Shown here: one piece after another, positions 25,880 to 38,445 of the stretch | How positions within the stretch are numbered: the stretch's first letter is position 1 | How the letters are laid out: each line of letters starts with the position of its first letter | Origin: Chiloscyllium plagiosum | Lineage: Eukaryota | NCBI RefSeq assembly: GCF_004010195.1 | Contig: NC_057720.1 | Location: 22,452,197-22,516,196, forward strand | DNA length: 64,000 nucleotides | Reading direction: 5' to 3' | Program-made: the position numbers and the translations under genes | The notes under the pieces: generated by a model | Databases searched by the model: none | What the model saw: only the letters and a program-made list of their open reading frames with translations | What the model was told of the DNA's origin: nothing

Positions 25880-26857
25880 GACACTCCTGTTTTGTTTTAA
25901 TTTTATTAACCAATTACAAAAAAGTTTACAGAAAAACAGTTAACATTTAAAGCTGTATACAACAGCAATTTTACAAGGGAGAGGAGCAGCAAAGCCAGGC
26001 CCCTAACCCTACCGTTCAACCAGTTTACAGGGAGACACTCCTGTTTTTACTTTTCTTTTTCCCCTAAACTGAGGAGACCCTGAATCTCCTGTTTATTTTT
26101 TTTCTATTTTTTTTTTCTTTTTTTACAGTCCTGTTTATATATTTTTTTAAAACCACACACTTCTGCCTAACTGCTGTAGTGCTTATTTTTCCCCAGCACC
26201 CATGTGTGTGTGTGCAGGTATGAGACACTCCTGTTTTTTTTTCTTCCTGGTTATATATTTTATTAAACAAATTACAAAACAGTTTACAAAAAACATTAAC
26301 AGCTGTACACAAGAGACAGCAATTTTACAAGGGAGAGGAGCAGCAAAGCTAGGCCCCAAACCCTACCGTTCAACCATTTTACAGGGAGAGGAGGACAAAC
26401 CTCAAATCCCAGTTCCACATATGACAAGACAGTGACAATGACATTTGTACATTAGACAATACCGTTACATACAAAAGTGCAGACAATACAGACCCAGCAA
26501 GCCCCCACCCCTCCCACCTCACTCCTGTTTTTTTTTTTCAGTTCCTAAACTAAGGAGGCCTCTGAATCTCCTGTTTATTTTTTTTATTTTATTAAACAAG
26601 TTACAAAACAGTTTACAAAAAACATTGACAGCTGTACACAAAAGACAGCAGTTTTACAAGGGAGAGGAGCAGCAAAGCTAGGCCCCGAACCCTACCGTTC
26701 AACCATTTTACAGGGAGAGGAGGACAAACCTCAAATCCCAGTTCCACATATAAGACAGTGACAATGACATTTGTACATTAGACAATACCGTTACATACAA
26801 AAGTGCAGACAATACAGACCCAGCAAGCCCCCACCCCTCCCACCTCACTCCTGTTTT
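25880..26857 (-). mobile_element. Cluster 2: four poly(A)-tailed non-LTR 3' fragments at the LTR TATA site
   Basis: (ga)cactcctgtttt is repeated at 25880, 26034, 26224, 26520 and 26846. Three inserts come from one unclassified family and one is related to the cluster-1 3' UTR. Confidence 0.88.
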
Positions 26858-27092
26858 TATCTGTCAGTCAGAGTCCCCTCATTGGACCAGATTAACAGTA
26901 CCAATTAGGGGGGATCTAAGATGACGGCGATCTGAGAAGATCACACTGCAGAGCTTCGCATCGCAGCAGGAGCAGGACAGTCCTTTAACCCACCCAACCC
27001 AGTTCATCAGGATTTCTTGGGGCATTGTAAAGATTGTGGAGCCCCAAGAAACATTTAAAAATTGACTTACCTGTATTTTCAGCTGTCCAGAA

Positions 27093-27903
27093 ATGCCTAA
27101 TAAGGGAGGAGGAGCATCCGATACCGGGTCTGCAGCTCAGCCTGCAGCAGCCTCGGAGCCGATTACTCTCCAGGACCTGGTAATCCAGCTCTCGAAATCT
27201 CGCAAGTTGCTGGGGAAACAGATTGAAGAGAAACTGGCTCCAGTCTCTCGCATGCTGCAGAAGCATGAGCAGCAGCTGGGCGACCTGGAGAAGAGGACAA
27301 ATGAGGTGGAGCACAGAGTCACAGTGGTGGAAGCTGACGCCAGTTCATTCAAGGATGAGATCCAAGTCCTGAAGACGCAGTTTCGTAATTTGCGTGACCA
27401 AGTGGATGATCTTGAAAACAGGGGCAGGAGAAATAACATTCGGATTATCGGTCTGCATGAGGATAAGGAAGGTGAGCGGCCTGCGGAATTTGTCGAAGAT
27501 TGGCTTCCGAAATTCCTTGACTTGGAGACCGGCATGAGAGGATTGAAGATAGAGAGGGCTCACCGGGTCACGGAGGTCGGGCCTGAGTCAACGCCCTCGT
27601 CCTTTCCTGGTGCGGTTCCATCATTACCGCGATAAGGAGAGAATCACGGAGGCTTCCAGATTCCAGGGGAAGGATCCAAAGGCCCTAATTTGTGAGGCAT
27701 CTAAGATCATGTTTTTTCAGGACTTTTCAGTGGCGGTGATCCAGAAACGAAAATCGTATGATGGTGTCAAGAGAAGATTGAAGGAGCTTGGGATTCAGTA
27801 CTCCCTGAGATATCCGGCAGTGCTTTGGATCACCTTAGATGGATCCATGCATCTCTTTGACACATTGGAGAAGGCAAGAGACTTTGTGGACAAACTAACC
27901 TAA
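27093..27903 (+). pseudogene. L1 ORF1p (coiled coil + RRM), one frameshift
   Basis: DLENRGRRNNIRIIGL, IERAHR, IMFFQDFS and YSLRYPA motifs. Frame change near 27575-27610. Confidence 0.92.
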
Positions 27904-28442
27904 TTTAAACTATTGTAGTATGTATAAATATTGTTGCATGGGTATGCATTTATCATTCTGTAAAAGAAATGGAGGAAATCCGATTGGAGCTTTGTTTTTC
28001 CCCCTTTTTTTCCCTTTATTGATTATAATTTGGTTCAAACTATGTCTGGTGGTGGTTAAGATATACATTTTAAATTTCTAGGTTAGGATTGATATTCTAT
28101 GGGGTGTTTATTCTTTTTAGCTTGTGCTTGCGATCCGGCTCTAGCTGGGAGAAGTGAAGGCGGTTGAGATGGTTAGATGCTTATTTATGGGCAGTTCGGG
28201 ACGGGTAGTTGCCCCTTATGGGCAGGAGATGAGTTCCCCTACTCAACACTATTGGCGCTTTATATGTTAGTTTGTTTTCTGGTTTTTCTTGTTTTTTATT
28301 TTTAATAATTTTGTGTGTTTGTTATATGTAGGGGTTTTAGTTGATGTAGTTTTTATATTTGGTAAACCAAATGACACTAAGGCTCAGCAATTTGTGGTTC
28401 AGGTTCCTTCTCTCTGGAATATAAATGGCACTGCAGAAGATT

Positions 28443-31400
28443 ATGGCTAATGATTTGATTAAATGGTGTACCTGGAATATCAAGGGAAGTCATTCACCAA
28501 TTAAGAGGAAGAAGGTACTCTTGAGTCTTAGAAAGAAGAAGGTGGATATTGCTTTGTTACAGGAGACACATTTGGATGACAAGGAGCATCTGAAATTACA
28601 GCAGAATGGCTTTGACCGTGTTTATTTTTCATCATTTAATACCCGAAGTAGGGGAGTGGCTATATTGGAGGAGAAAGTGAGGACTGCAGATGCTGGAGAT
28701 CAGAGCTGAAAATGTGTTGCTGGAAAAGCGCAGCAGGTCAGGCAGCATCCAAGGAACAGGAGAATCGACGTTTCGGGCATAAGCCCTTCAGGAATGAGGA
28801 AAGTGTGGCTGTATTGGTTAGGAAAAATCTCTCATTTAAATTGTTGGAATGTGTTAAAGACATATATGGGAGGTTTGTAATTCTAAAGCCTTGATAAATG
28901 GGGAAGAATATGGTATTTTAAATGTTTATTGTCCCCCAGCTCATCCTCTTAAATTCTTGGTAGATGCTTTTTCTAAACTGATAAGTCTCAAGTCTCGGCA
29001 CATCATTATTGGGGGAGATTTTAACTGCTCATGGACCCCACAATAGACAGGTTGCCTAAAGGTCCCTCGATACCCTCTGCACAAACTAAACAGTTATTGG
29101 GTTTGTGTGGGGAATTAGGATTGGTGGACGTCTGGAAGTGTCTCCACCCTACAGGTAGGGATTTCACGTTTTTCTCCAATCCGCATAGATGTCACACAAG
29201 GATTGATTTGTTTTTTCTGACCCCTACGGTAACCCTGGATCTGGTGGCATCCTGTACGATTGGTAATATTGCCATCTCTGATCATGCTCCAGTGTACCTC
29301 ATGGTTAAGATTAAGGATGTTACAGTGGTACTGGTGAATGGACCCCTTTATTCTCATGGACAGTATATTTGTGGAATATTTCTCTAGGGAATTTTGGGCA
29401 TTCCTAGACATCAACATAGGTTCAATTGATAGCTCATCTGTTCTCTGGGAAACTGCCAAAGCCTGTGCCGGGGGTTAGTTATTTCATATTCCACCAGTAG
29501 GAAGCGACAGAAGGATGAGCAGCAACGTCTCCTTGAAGCACGGTTGAAGGCAGATGAGACAGCCTATTTTGACAGACCTTTGTTGGTCAAACTACAGAGG
29601 ATTAAGGCACTGCAGTCTGCACTAAATTCTGTGCTCACACAGATGGCAAAGAAGGAGCTGGCTTTTGCAAAGCAAAGGTTGTACGAGCATGGTGACAGGC
29701 CAGGCAAATACTTAGCATACCTTGCCAGAAAGAGAAGTGCCCCACAAACCATTACAGCGATTAGGGAAGGGTCTGGGAACCTAACATATGATTCTAAAAA
29801 GATTAATTCTACTCTAAATTATCAATCTGAGAATTGTGAGGAGGGGCAGGCCAAAGTGGAATCCTTTTTTAGAGATCTGAAGCTCCCGGATGTGAATCCC
29901 GAACAACAGTCCTTTCTCAATGCCCCATTACCAGAGCAAGAATTGCAGGAAGCTGTGAGGCAGCTTCAGAGTGGAAAGGCGACCGGTCCTGACAGACTTC
30001 CCAGTGAATTCTATAAGGAATTTATAAGTATACTGTCAGGCTGAATATGTTTAATGATTCATACAGTCATGATTGTCTCCCGCCATCTCTGAGAGAGGCC
30101 AATATTTCACTTATCCTTAAAAAAGGAAGGATCCGGAAGACTGTGCTTCATACAGGTCCATCTCACTCTTAAATGTGGACTTTAAGATCCTCGCTAAAAC
30201 TCTCGCATTAAGGCTGGAGACTGTGTTACCCTCCATTATTAAAGATGATCAGACGGGCTTCATAAAGGGTCACAGATCCTCCAATAATGTTAGGAGGCTG
30301 CTTAACGCAATTCAAACATGCCAACAGCAGTCAATACAGGGATTGGTGATTTCTTTAGATGCAGAGAAGGCATTTGAGTAGCCGTACCTTTTCTATACTC
30401 TAGACCGGTTTGGTCTGGGCGAAGTTTTCATAAGATGGGTAAAGGTTCTCTACAGTGTAGCTCTTGCGGCAGTCATTACCAATAGGGTACGATCAAGCAA
30501 TTTTAATATTTCTAAGGGCAGCCGGCTGTCCCCTTTCACCATTATTTTTTACGTTGGTGATTGAACCGTTGGCAGAGGCCATTCGTGGGGATCTCAATAT
30601 ATCAGCTCCAGAAGTGGGGTCAAAATTACATAAGATCTTGCTGTATGCAGACGATGTTCTAATTTTCTGGACAAATCCAGCAGGGTTTCAGTGCCTTGAC
30701 TGATACAATGCATTCACGCGTTTGGCGCTTTTTCAGGGTATAAGATTAATTTTGCTAAATCAGAGGCTATGCCTATGGGTGGTCTTACAAAAGAGTTGGC
30801 TCTTGAGAGTGACTATAGATTCCCATTTAGGTGGTCACAGGGGGGTTTTGTGTATTTAGGCAAAATCATTACTCCAGTTCTGGATTGGCTGTTCAAAACC
30901 AATTTTACTCAATTATTTGAAAAAATTAAACAAGATCTCCAAAGATGGGAGGCATTTACAGTCTCGTGGTTGGGTCGGATAGCGCTTATTAAGATGAATA
31001 TTCTCCCTCGTTTGCTATACCCCATTCGGATGCTCCCCCTGATTTTCAATAAACAAACACTCAGGAGACTGAACGGTTGGTTCAGCTCCTTTATCTGGTA
31101 CCGTAAACGCCCCTCATTAAATTAGCCAAACTGCAGTTGCCTCACAGATTGGGGGGTCGTGGACCTTCCGGACATTAAAAATTACCATTTAAGCTCACTT
31201 TTGACCTACGTGAGTGACTGGGTTTGTGGGGACCCTCTTTCAATATGGCGAGATATCGAAGCCTCCCAGGCAAGGTGCCCCCTTACCAGTTTGCTGTTTT
31301 TGGACAAGGTGAGGACAGTTAGTGAATATTGCCATTACCCAATAGTCATCAATACTGTTAAAGCATGGAGGGCAATTCGGCAGAGGGAAGGTAATATTGG

Positions 31401-32345
31401 CTAAACATTTTTGTTTACACCTTTTCGTGGGTATGTCGGGTTTTCAACCGGGTACGATAGATTCAGGATTTAAACGTTGGGCAGCTAGGGGTATATCTTG
31501 CATGAGTGATTTATTTGAGGGAGATGTAATGATGTCCTTCGATCAGTTAGTACAGAAGTATGAGTTACCTAATAGAGACCTCTTTCATTTTTTTCAAGTT
31601 AGGGATTTTATTCAAAAAAAGACTACACTTTTGACTAATCCCTACAAATCTGACATAGGAAGAGGGGTACTAAGGGCTAAGCGTACACTCTCTGTCAGTA
31701 CTTTATATCACCAATTTGGGGGTGCCACCTCAGATGAGTCTGATCGACTCTGCAAGATGTGGGAAAGAGAGCTGGGTGTTGAAGTTTCTTCAGAGGCACG
31801 GGAGGATATTTGGGAGAATGCAAGGAAGATATCAATTTGCAATAGGACCCATGCTTTACAGTTGAAGATTCTCCACAGGGTCCACTTAACACCATACTGT
31901 TTGTCAAAATTTAAATTAGGGGTATCTTCAGCATGTCCCATGTGCAAGTCTGCACGGGCACTCTTACCCATTGTCTTTGGACTTGTGACAGGCTTCAAAC
32001 ATACTGGAGCACTGTGGCGGGTACAATGGAGAGGATTTTAGGTGTAGGGGTGGAGAAGGACCCTATTTCTCTCCTTTTGGGCCTACCCATTGTATTTCCT
32101 GCAGACGCGCATAAGAAAAAACTTTTCAATATTCTTACGTTCTGTGCAAGGACATATGGTTAGATATCTGAAAATCCCCCAGGCCTGTCGGATTGGCGGA
32201 GGATTGTTATGGAGCATATTCCCCTGTGTTTTCTCACAAATATGGTACACCACAAAACTGAGAGAATTTTTACAAGACATGGCAACCGTTTTTGAAATAC
32301 CTGGACACAGACTTATCTGCCACACTAACAAAGGCTTTTATATAG
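28443..32345 (+). pseudogene. L1 ORF2p (APE endonuclease, RT, CCHC), multiple frameshifts
   Basis: WNIKG, LQETH, GGDFN, SDH, SLDAEKAF, GCPLSP, LYADD, YLG, RIALIKMNILPRLLY, CPMC...THCLWTC. Confidence 0.93.
28669..28804 (-). mobile_element. Penelope-like terminal-repeat insert inside L1 ORF2
   Basis: TSD gtggct(a/g)tattgg (28656-28668, 28805-28817). Same family as 17101. Minus strand has GGGC-TTAT-GCCC-GAAACGTC. Confidence 0.85.
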
Positions 32346-33657
32346 CCGTAACGATTGTGTTTCATGAGTCCAATATCCAGGGAGAAGGAACTGTGAATGT
32401 ATGAGTGTTTTGTTTGGCTGGGTTGAGTTATTACTATTTATTTGTTTGCTGTTAGGTATTTATTTATTTAGTTAAATAGCTAGGTTTTTAAAAAATTTTA
32501 TACTTCTCTATATATGCTTATACATTCGTATAGGAGGGTGGGTTGGGGAATTTTTTTTATTATTTGGGTTTAGTTTTGTTCTATTTTTAATTGCATTGTT
32601 TTGTATTTGTTGTAATATTTAAAAATCTATTCTTTTTTAATAAAATATATTATATAAAAATAATTTTAAAAACTACCAATTAGGAAACTCATATTCTGAG
32701 GTCCACCTGGCTGACCTCGTTACAATCATTACATCCCTCCCCCTTTGAGTTGGAAGACAAAGGTCAGTTTTTTTTTTGTAGCTTCTCCTGGTAATTTTTG
32801 TCTTTGTTTGCACTGTAGGCAGTGCTCCACCCACACAGCCATGTCTGCATCCAATCCTGGCCACCAGACATAACTTCTCTCCAATATCTTCATTTTGGAA
32901 ACTCCTGGATGACCCTGGTAGATTCAGCCTGTATCTGGTGGTGACCTTTGCTTGGTCCAAAAGTAATTTTGCTCCCAGTAATAAAATGCCGGCCTCTACT
33001 GGGGGTGATTGGGTAATTATCCAGCTGCAAAATGCAGTTTACCATTTGTTTAAAATCCCCACAAAGGCAAACCGACCCTTGGACTTCACAATCAGGCTGC
33101 CCCTTCTGCAACCTGGACTGGTTTGATGCCTTGCAGAATTGTGGAATTGCTTCCTGGTCAACATGCAAGGTGGCTTCATCTCCTTTGTATTGCCTAGAAA
33201 TTCCTGAAAAACTTTTAGGTATTTAATTTGGATTTTGTCCAGTGTGTGCACACTCTTCTGGATACATTATTATGAATTTTCTCACTCAATTTAGGTCGCG
33301 TTGGACTCTTGCTGTCTCATGTCCAAATACTCGCTGCAACTACAATGGATCGCGGGCCTAGATCCTGACAAACATTTTACCATTTGGTTGAGGTTTAGCT
33401 TTGTTTTGGGGTTTTGCTGTGGGCTGACCTATAGTCCCTCATTAAGGATATGTCCTGAGTGAGGCTATGCAATTACTTTCACTCACATAATTTTCCCCAA
33501 GCTTAGCTTGACTGGTGAGGGTGTCCACTTACATCAGAATAGCTTGCAACTCATATAATCCACTTGCCAAATTACCCAACGATAAAGCCCATTGTACTGC
33601 CTGTTTGAAGTCCAATTGGGCCAGGCTAGTTGATGCTCTTACATAGTTACATCATTG

Positions 33658-33675
33658 ATCCCACTGCTGTCCCCA
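33658..33675 (-). other. Primer-binding site, tRNA-Leu-like
   Basis: Plus strand atcccactgctgtcccca versus the vertebrate tRNA-Leu 3' end as recalled (atcccaccgctgccacca), 15/18. Lies 1 nt from the 5' LTR. Confidence 0.7.
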
Positions 33676-36000
33676 CTGAAGTTACTCCACAGACGTCGAT
33701 ATCCTGTCAGCAAGTCACCCTTTACTTACACGTGCATAGTCTTTGACACTGATCTAGCTCCTTCAGAGCCAGCTCTCAGAGTAAACAGGATATCTGACCC
33801 CACCCCCCCATTCTTTTTTTTTCTTTTTTTTCTCTCTCAAAGTAAAGAGAGAACTCATATTCTCTAAGGTTCACCTGGCTGACCCTGTTACAATCTCTAC
33901 AAATGATAACCCCTAGTGCAATTGTGTATAACTTTAGCATTCAGTTGTTTGGAATTGAAAACTGTCGTAACTTTGGTTTTAATATGCTTGGAGAAGTTAA
34001 TAGAATACATAAGCGGTTAAGTTTCTCCAAGAGTTGTGTAGTTTTTATTATCAAACACCCGATGTTTCTTAATTAGATCTGGTGTTAATGAAAGGTTACA
34101 TTGCTCTTTTCTAAGCATTGTTTTCAACTTTAGGTTTATATTTCAGTGACACTAACTTGAGTGTTGTCAGTGGTTACTGAATAATTATGATAAATCCATT
34201 ATAAACAGACTTAACAACATATATAAGCCATTCAATAAGGCTGCTGAACTAGAAGAGTGATCCCAGTCCCATGCTGATAGTGCTCATCTTCAATTCCCGT
34301 CAGAAACAAAGTCATACTTTTCTCTGGAAGTATGTTCCAGCTCACATCTGATAGGTTTTACTCCCCCGACTCTTTTAGTCACCGTGTATATATACACCTG
34401 GGAATACTCTTCCTAATCCTGTTAGCTTTGCTCTCTCCCTTTCAAAAGCTTCTTCAAATCTTGTTGACTTTGGCCTCCAATCCTCCCCCTCACTTTCTAA
34501 AGTAATTCCCTTTTGGTGTCTGTGCTTTTCGTCTAAAACCCATTGGGAAAGTTTCTAAAGCAATCATGGCATAATTAAACATTTCCAATTAGGAAATAAA
34601 TTCTGGTAATTAGATTATTTTTTCTGATATAAAAACACATTAAGTTGCATTATCATACCCGAAAGAAGCTAACAAGTATATAGCCTTGCGTGAGCTTAAA
34701 AACCTCAGAAATGTGCTTTCTATCCAAGATTCACTTCCACTGTTAAAAGCCACTTGCTCTATATTCAACACCTTCCCACATCATTGGATTGAGGATGTCA
34801 GTTCAGCATAATGGCAGAATTGACACTCTGTAATAAAATTTGAAACCTTACTTCCATGGTCTAACAACCAATTTTAGCATGCAAAATTTTATTTTTAAAT
34901 GAGGAATTGCTTCTAGAAGCGAAATTACCAAAGTCAGTTTGGTTCAAAATAAAAAGTACACCTAAAAATCTAGCCTGAAATTTTCTCCACGTGATTACGT
35001 CATAGCATAGTAGATCATGTACCGAAAATGGCACTATTATCTGTTGCTATGCAACTGACATGCTATTATTTGTATCTATGTAAATGCATGCAAATTTGTG
35101 AGCCCGCACATTGAAATTTTTGTGCATTAGGACATTTATTGAATAATATCAGCTGCAAGATTCCTAATAACAGTTTTACAAAAAAGTACAATATTAGATT
35201 TTAAAAATCCACACACTGAAATTCTGAAGTAAAAACATACTGCAGCATTTCTTTTCATTTTATAATTGTTGGAGAAAAGTTGATAATACTGAAATTAGTG
35301 AAATATTGTACTTAACAACTTAAACAATAAGGAGTTTTCTGATTCTATGTAATCATTAAAATTGGAAACAATGCTGAACATACATAATCTTCAGGAATCT
35401 TGTGATGTTCTGGTTGGCAAGCAACATAACACGTTAAGTTATTCCCTGCTTTCAAGCTGTTAACAACATTATAGACTATTTGAATTAATTTAGTCCTAAT
35501 GACTTCTTTGTTGTAAATCTTTATAAGTCATGCTCTTGCTACCAAATAGATGCTGTATTTACTGCATAAAACCATTGGCTATTTAGCAAAAATCTATGGA
35601 AAACAAAACTCACATTATTTGACATTAAAAGCAGTCTGACTAGGTTTTTACAAGATATAGTCAAGTAACATTAAAATAGGATCAAGGGGCCAGATTTTGG
35701 CAATTGATGTAGATTGTGCAAGTTGGGAAATTGTCTAATATACAACATCCACATGAATACAAAATCACCCAAATCCCAGATTTGCAGGCAGTGGGTAATG
35801 GGTGATGTTCAGAGCAACTAACACCAGATGCCACTGCAAGAAGGACTCAGATGTGAGGGAGTCCCAAGGTGGTTTGACTCGAAATTCACTCTTGCTTCGC
35901 TGGGGATTGGTCCCAATTGTTTCACAAGATGTTATGCCTTAAGGTTCTCAAATCTCATATTCTCTTTGTAACCACCCCCAACCTCTCATATCCTGGCACA

Positions 36001-36310
36001 GGGGTTGCACGGTGGCTGAGTGGTTAGCACTGCAGCCTCACAGCGCCAGGGACCCTGGTTTGATTCCAGCCTTGGGTGACTGTCTGTGTGGAGTTTGCAC
36101 ATTCTCCCCATGTCTGTGTGGGTTTCTTCCAGGTGCTCTGGTTTCCTCCCACAGTCCAAAGATGTGCAGGTCAGGTGGATTGGCTCTGCTAAATTGTCCA
36201 TAATGTTAGGTGCATTAGTCAGAGGGAATTGGGTCTGGGTGGGTTACTCTTTAGAGGGTCGGTGTAGACTTGTTGGGCTAAATCCACACAGTAGAGAATC
36301 TAACTCCAAT
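36001..36310 (+). mobile_element. HE1-type V-SINE
   Basis: A box TGGCTGAGTGG, B box GGTTTGATTCC, V-domain and a CR1-derived tail. Confidence 0.92.
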
Positions 36311-37559
36311 GACAACTCATGCCATATCCATCCCCTTCTCATACCTCCAACACTATTTAATATCAATTTATCTGACATCAATCATGGGCAGACCTCATGG
36401 GCCACATGGAGATAAAAACAAACTTGTAAAAATCTATGACAGCTCATATTACCTTGATAGTAAAAGAAGCTCCCAATTATTAAGAAAATCTCCCCATGCG
36501 GTTCATTGCTTGTAAAACCAAACTTCTATTCTTAGCCAAATTAGATAATAGCTTCTTTGAATTATTTATGAATCTGAATACTTTGACCCCCTGATTTGGA
36601 TGACTGTAGCTTTTTAAAATAAGCCAAGCATTCATAATGACTACCACTGCGGGAAATGTCAACAAAAGTACTTGACTCAATTAGCTCCAACAGATACTAA
36701 ACCAGCTGACCTGTCAATCAATGCAGTCTAACAGAATTTTAAAAATAATTAGTGACAACTGCAACCGGTGCAAAGAACAGAGGATTTTAAAACTTCAGAT
36801 CTTGACCAGTTAAACACATATTATCCAATTTTCAATTTACAAGGTGGTGCAAACAAAAAGAAAGACGGTGTTCATGGACTGAATAGAAAATGAGGTACTA
36901 TTTCCCCAACTCATGTTAGACTTCACTGGAGCATGCAGTAGGCCTGGAACAGAAATATTAGCACACTAGCAAGTTGTTGCACTAAAATGCCAGAGTCAAG
37001 CTGGAAAACTCACTGCAGGTCAAGCAGGCATCAGAAGAGAAGGTGAGTCGACACTTCAGGTTGGAATATTTTGAAATGCCAATCAACTAGAAGGTTGGGT
37101 ACATTCTTACAGATAGAGTGAGGTATCCAGAAAAGTTGTCACCCAGTCTGCACTTTCTCTTGCCAATGACGATGAAACTGCACTGTGATCAGCAAATACA
37201 GTAAACTAGATTGAAAGAAATACAAAGAAATTGGTGCTTCACCTAGAAGGTATATCTGCAGCCTTGGACAATGAGGAGGAGGTTGGTTTCATTGCATGGC
37301 TATATATTAGTTACCTTTTAAAGAGGTACTTAATATTCAGCAGATGCCTGTATTCAATGTGTCATTCTTTTTTGTTTGTGAACAAATAGAATTTGGTTGT
37401 TACACCTATTTATATAACAAACAAGATACTATTATATGTCTGTCATAAAATGTCTCAATTCTGAACCAATAATTTCTGTCATATAAACCCTTTGAAATTT
37501 TATGTAATTTTTGAAACAATTGTGAAATTATTTGTGCCCGTAATGTAATCCAGACCTAT

Positions 37560-37920
37560 CATGTCCATTAATTTGGCATCTGTCTTGGCTCAGCACATTC
37601 ATTTCTGAATCAGAAGGACACGAGTTTGAGTTCCATTCAAGAAATTTGAGACCATCATCTAAACCGACATAGTGCAATACTGAGGAACTCCTGCACTGTC
37701 TGATGCGATACCTTTCAAGCAAAATATTAAAGTAGAACTAAAAATAAAAAATGGCCTTTAAGGTCAATGGAACAGTATCACATGGCAATATCCAGATTAT
37801 TATGGAGTAGCTTCCATGCTGTTCTGGCCAATAATGATCCCTCAATCATAACTACTAAACCAGATTAACACATTTATATATTTCATGGACATTGTCGGGC
37901 ACAAAGTGACTGCCACACGT
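37560..37920 (+). mobile_element. Old DeuSINE (SacSINE1-like)
   Basis: Decayed tRNA-like head, agtgcaatactgagg, and Deu-domain ctggccaataatgatccctcaa...aaaccagatta. Confidence 0.6.
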
Positions 37921-38445
37921 TCACCCTATCAGTGCCCCTAATGATTTTATAACCTCTGTAAGGTCACCCCTCAGCCTCCGACGCTCTAGGGACAAAAAGC
38001 CCAGCCTATTCAGCCTGCCCTATAAGTCAAACCCTCCACCCCCGGCAACATCTTTGTAAATCTTTTTTGAATCCTCCCAAGTTTAACAACATCTTTTATA
38101 TACAAGGGAAATCAGAATTGTACACAGTATTCCAAAAGAGGCCTCACCAATGCTCTATAACCACAACATGACATTTTCCTATACTCAATGTTATGGACAA
38201 TGAAGGCAAGTGTGCCAAATGCCTTCTTCACCACCCTGTCTATCTGCAACTCCACTTTCATGCAACTATGCACCTGCACCTCTAGGGCTCTTTGTTTGGT
38301 AACATTCCCCAGGGCCCTATCATTTACTGTATAAATCCTGCCCTCGTTTGCCCTACCAAGCGCAACACCTCACATTTAAACGATCAAAATTAAACGATCT
38401 CTGACACTCCTTGGTCCAATGGCCCATTTGAGCAAGGTCCCATTT
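37921..38445 (-). mobile_element. CR1 internal fragment
   Basis: aggtcacccctcagcctccgacgctc... is homologous to the 53032-53565 CR1. Confidence 0.85.

Larger units (their letters stand above)
26910..32673 (+). mobile_element. Full-length decayed L1-clade LINE
   Basis: TSD TACCAATTAGG (26899-26909, 32674-32684). G-run plus AAGATG 5' end, ORF1, T-rich spacer, ORF2 and an A-rich tail. Confidence 0.95.
25769..33901 (-). mobile_element. Internally deleted Ty3/Gypsy LTR retrotransposon hosting nested insertions
   Basis: TSD AATGG/AATGA (25764-25768, 33902-33906). 5' LTR 33677-33901, PBS 33658-33675, RT remnant CLCGDFKQMVNCILQLDNYPI, PPT 32734-32744. The 3' LTR is split into 25769-25893, 26858-26909 and 32685-32733. 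Confidence 0.9.

Noticed and set aside
24303..26857. Short repeats separated by variable sequence, superficially CRISPR-like
   Set aside because: Eukaryotic intron, no cas genes, and the spacers are long homologous poly(A)-tailed retroelement ends. The repeats are TSDs.
26846..26868. Resemblance of ctgtttttatctgt to the U2 snRNA site used by Keno (tctgttcttatcagt)
   Set aside because: No other U2 sequence is present, the site is part of an LTR, and the inserts lie opposite to the orientation I recall for Keno.
36001..36075. tRNA gene
   Set aside because: The A and B boxes belong to a SINE head that continues into the V-domain; no clean cloverleaf.
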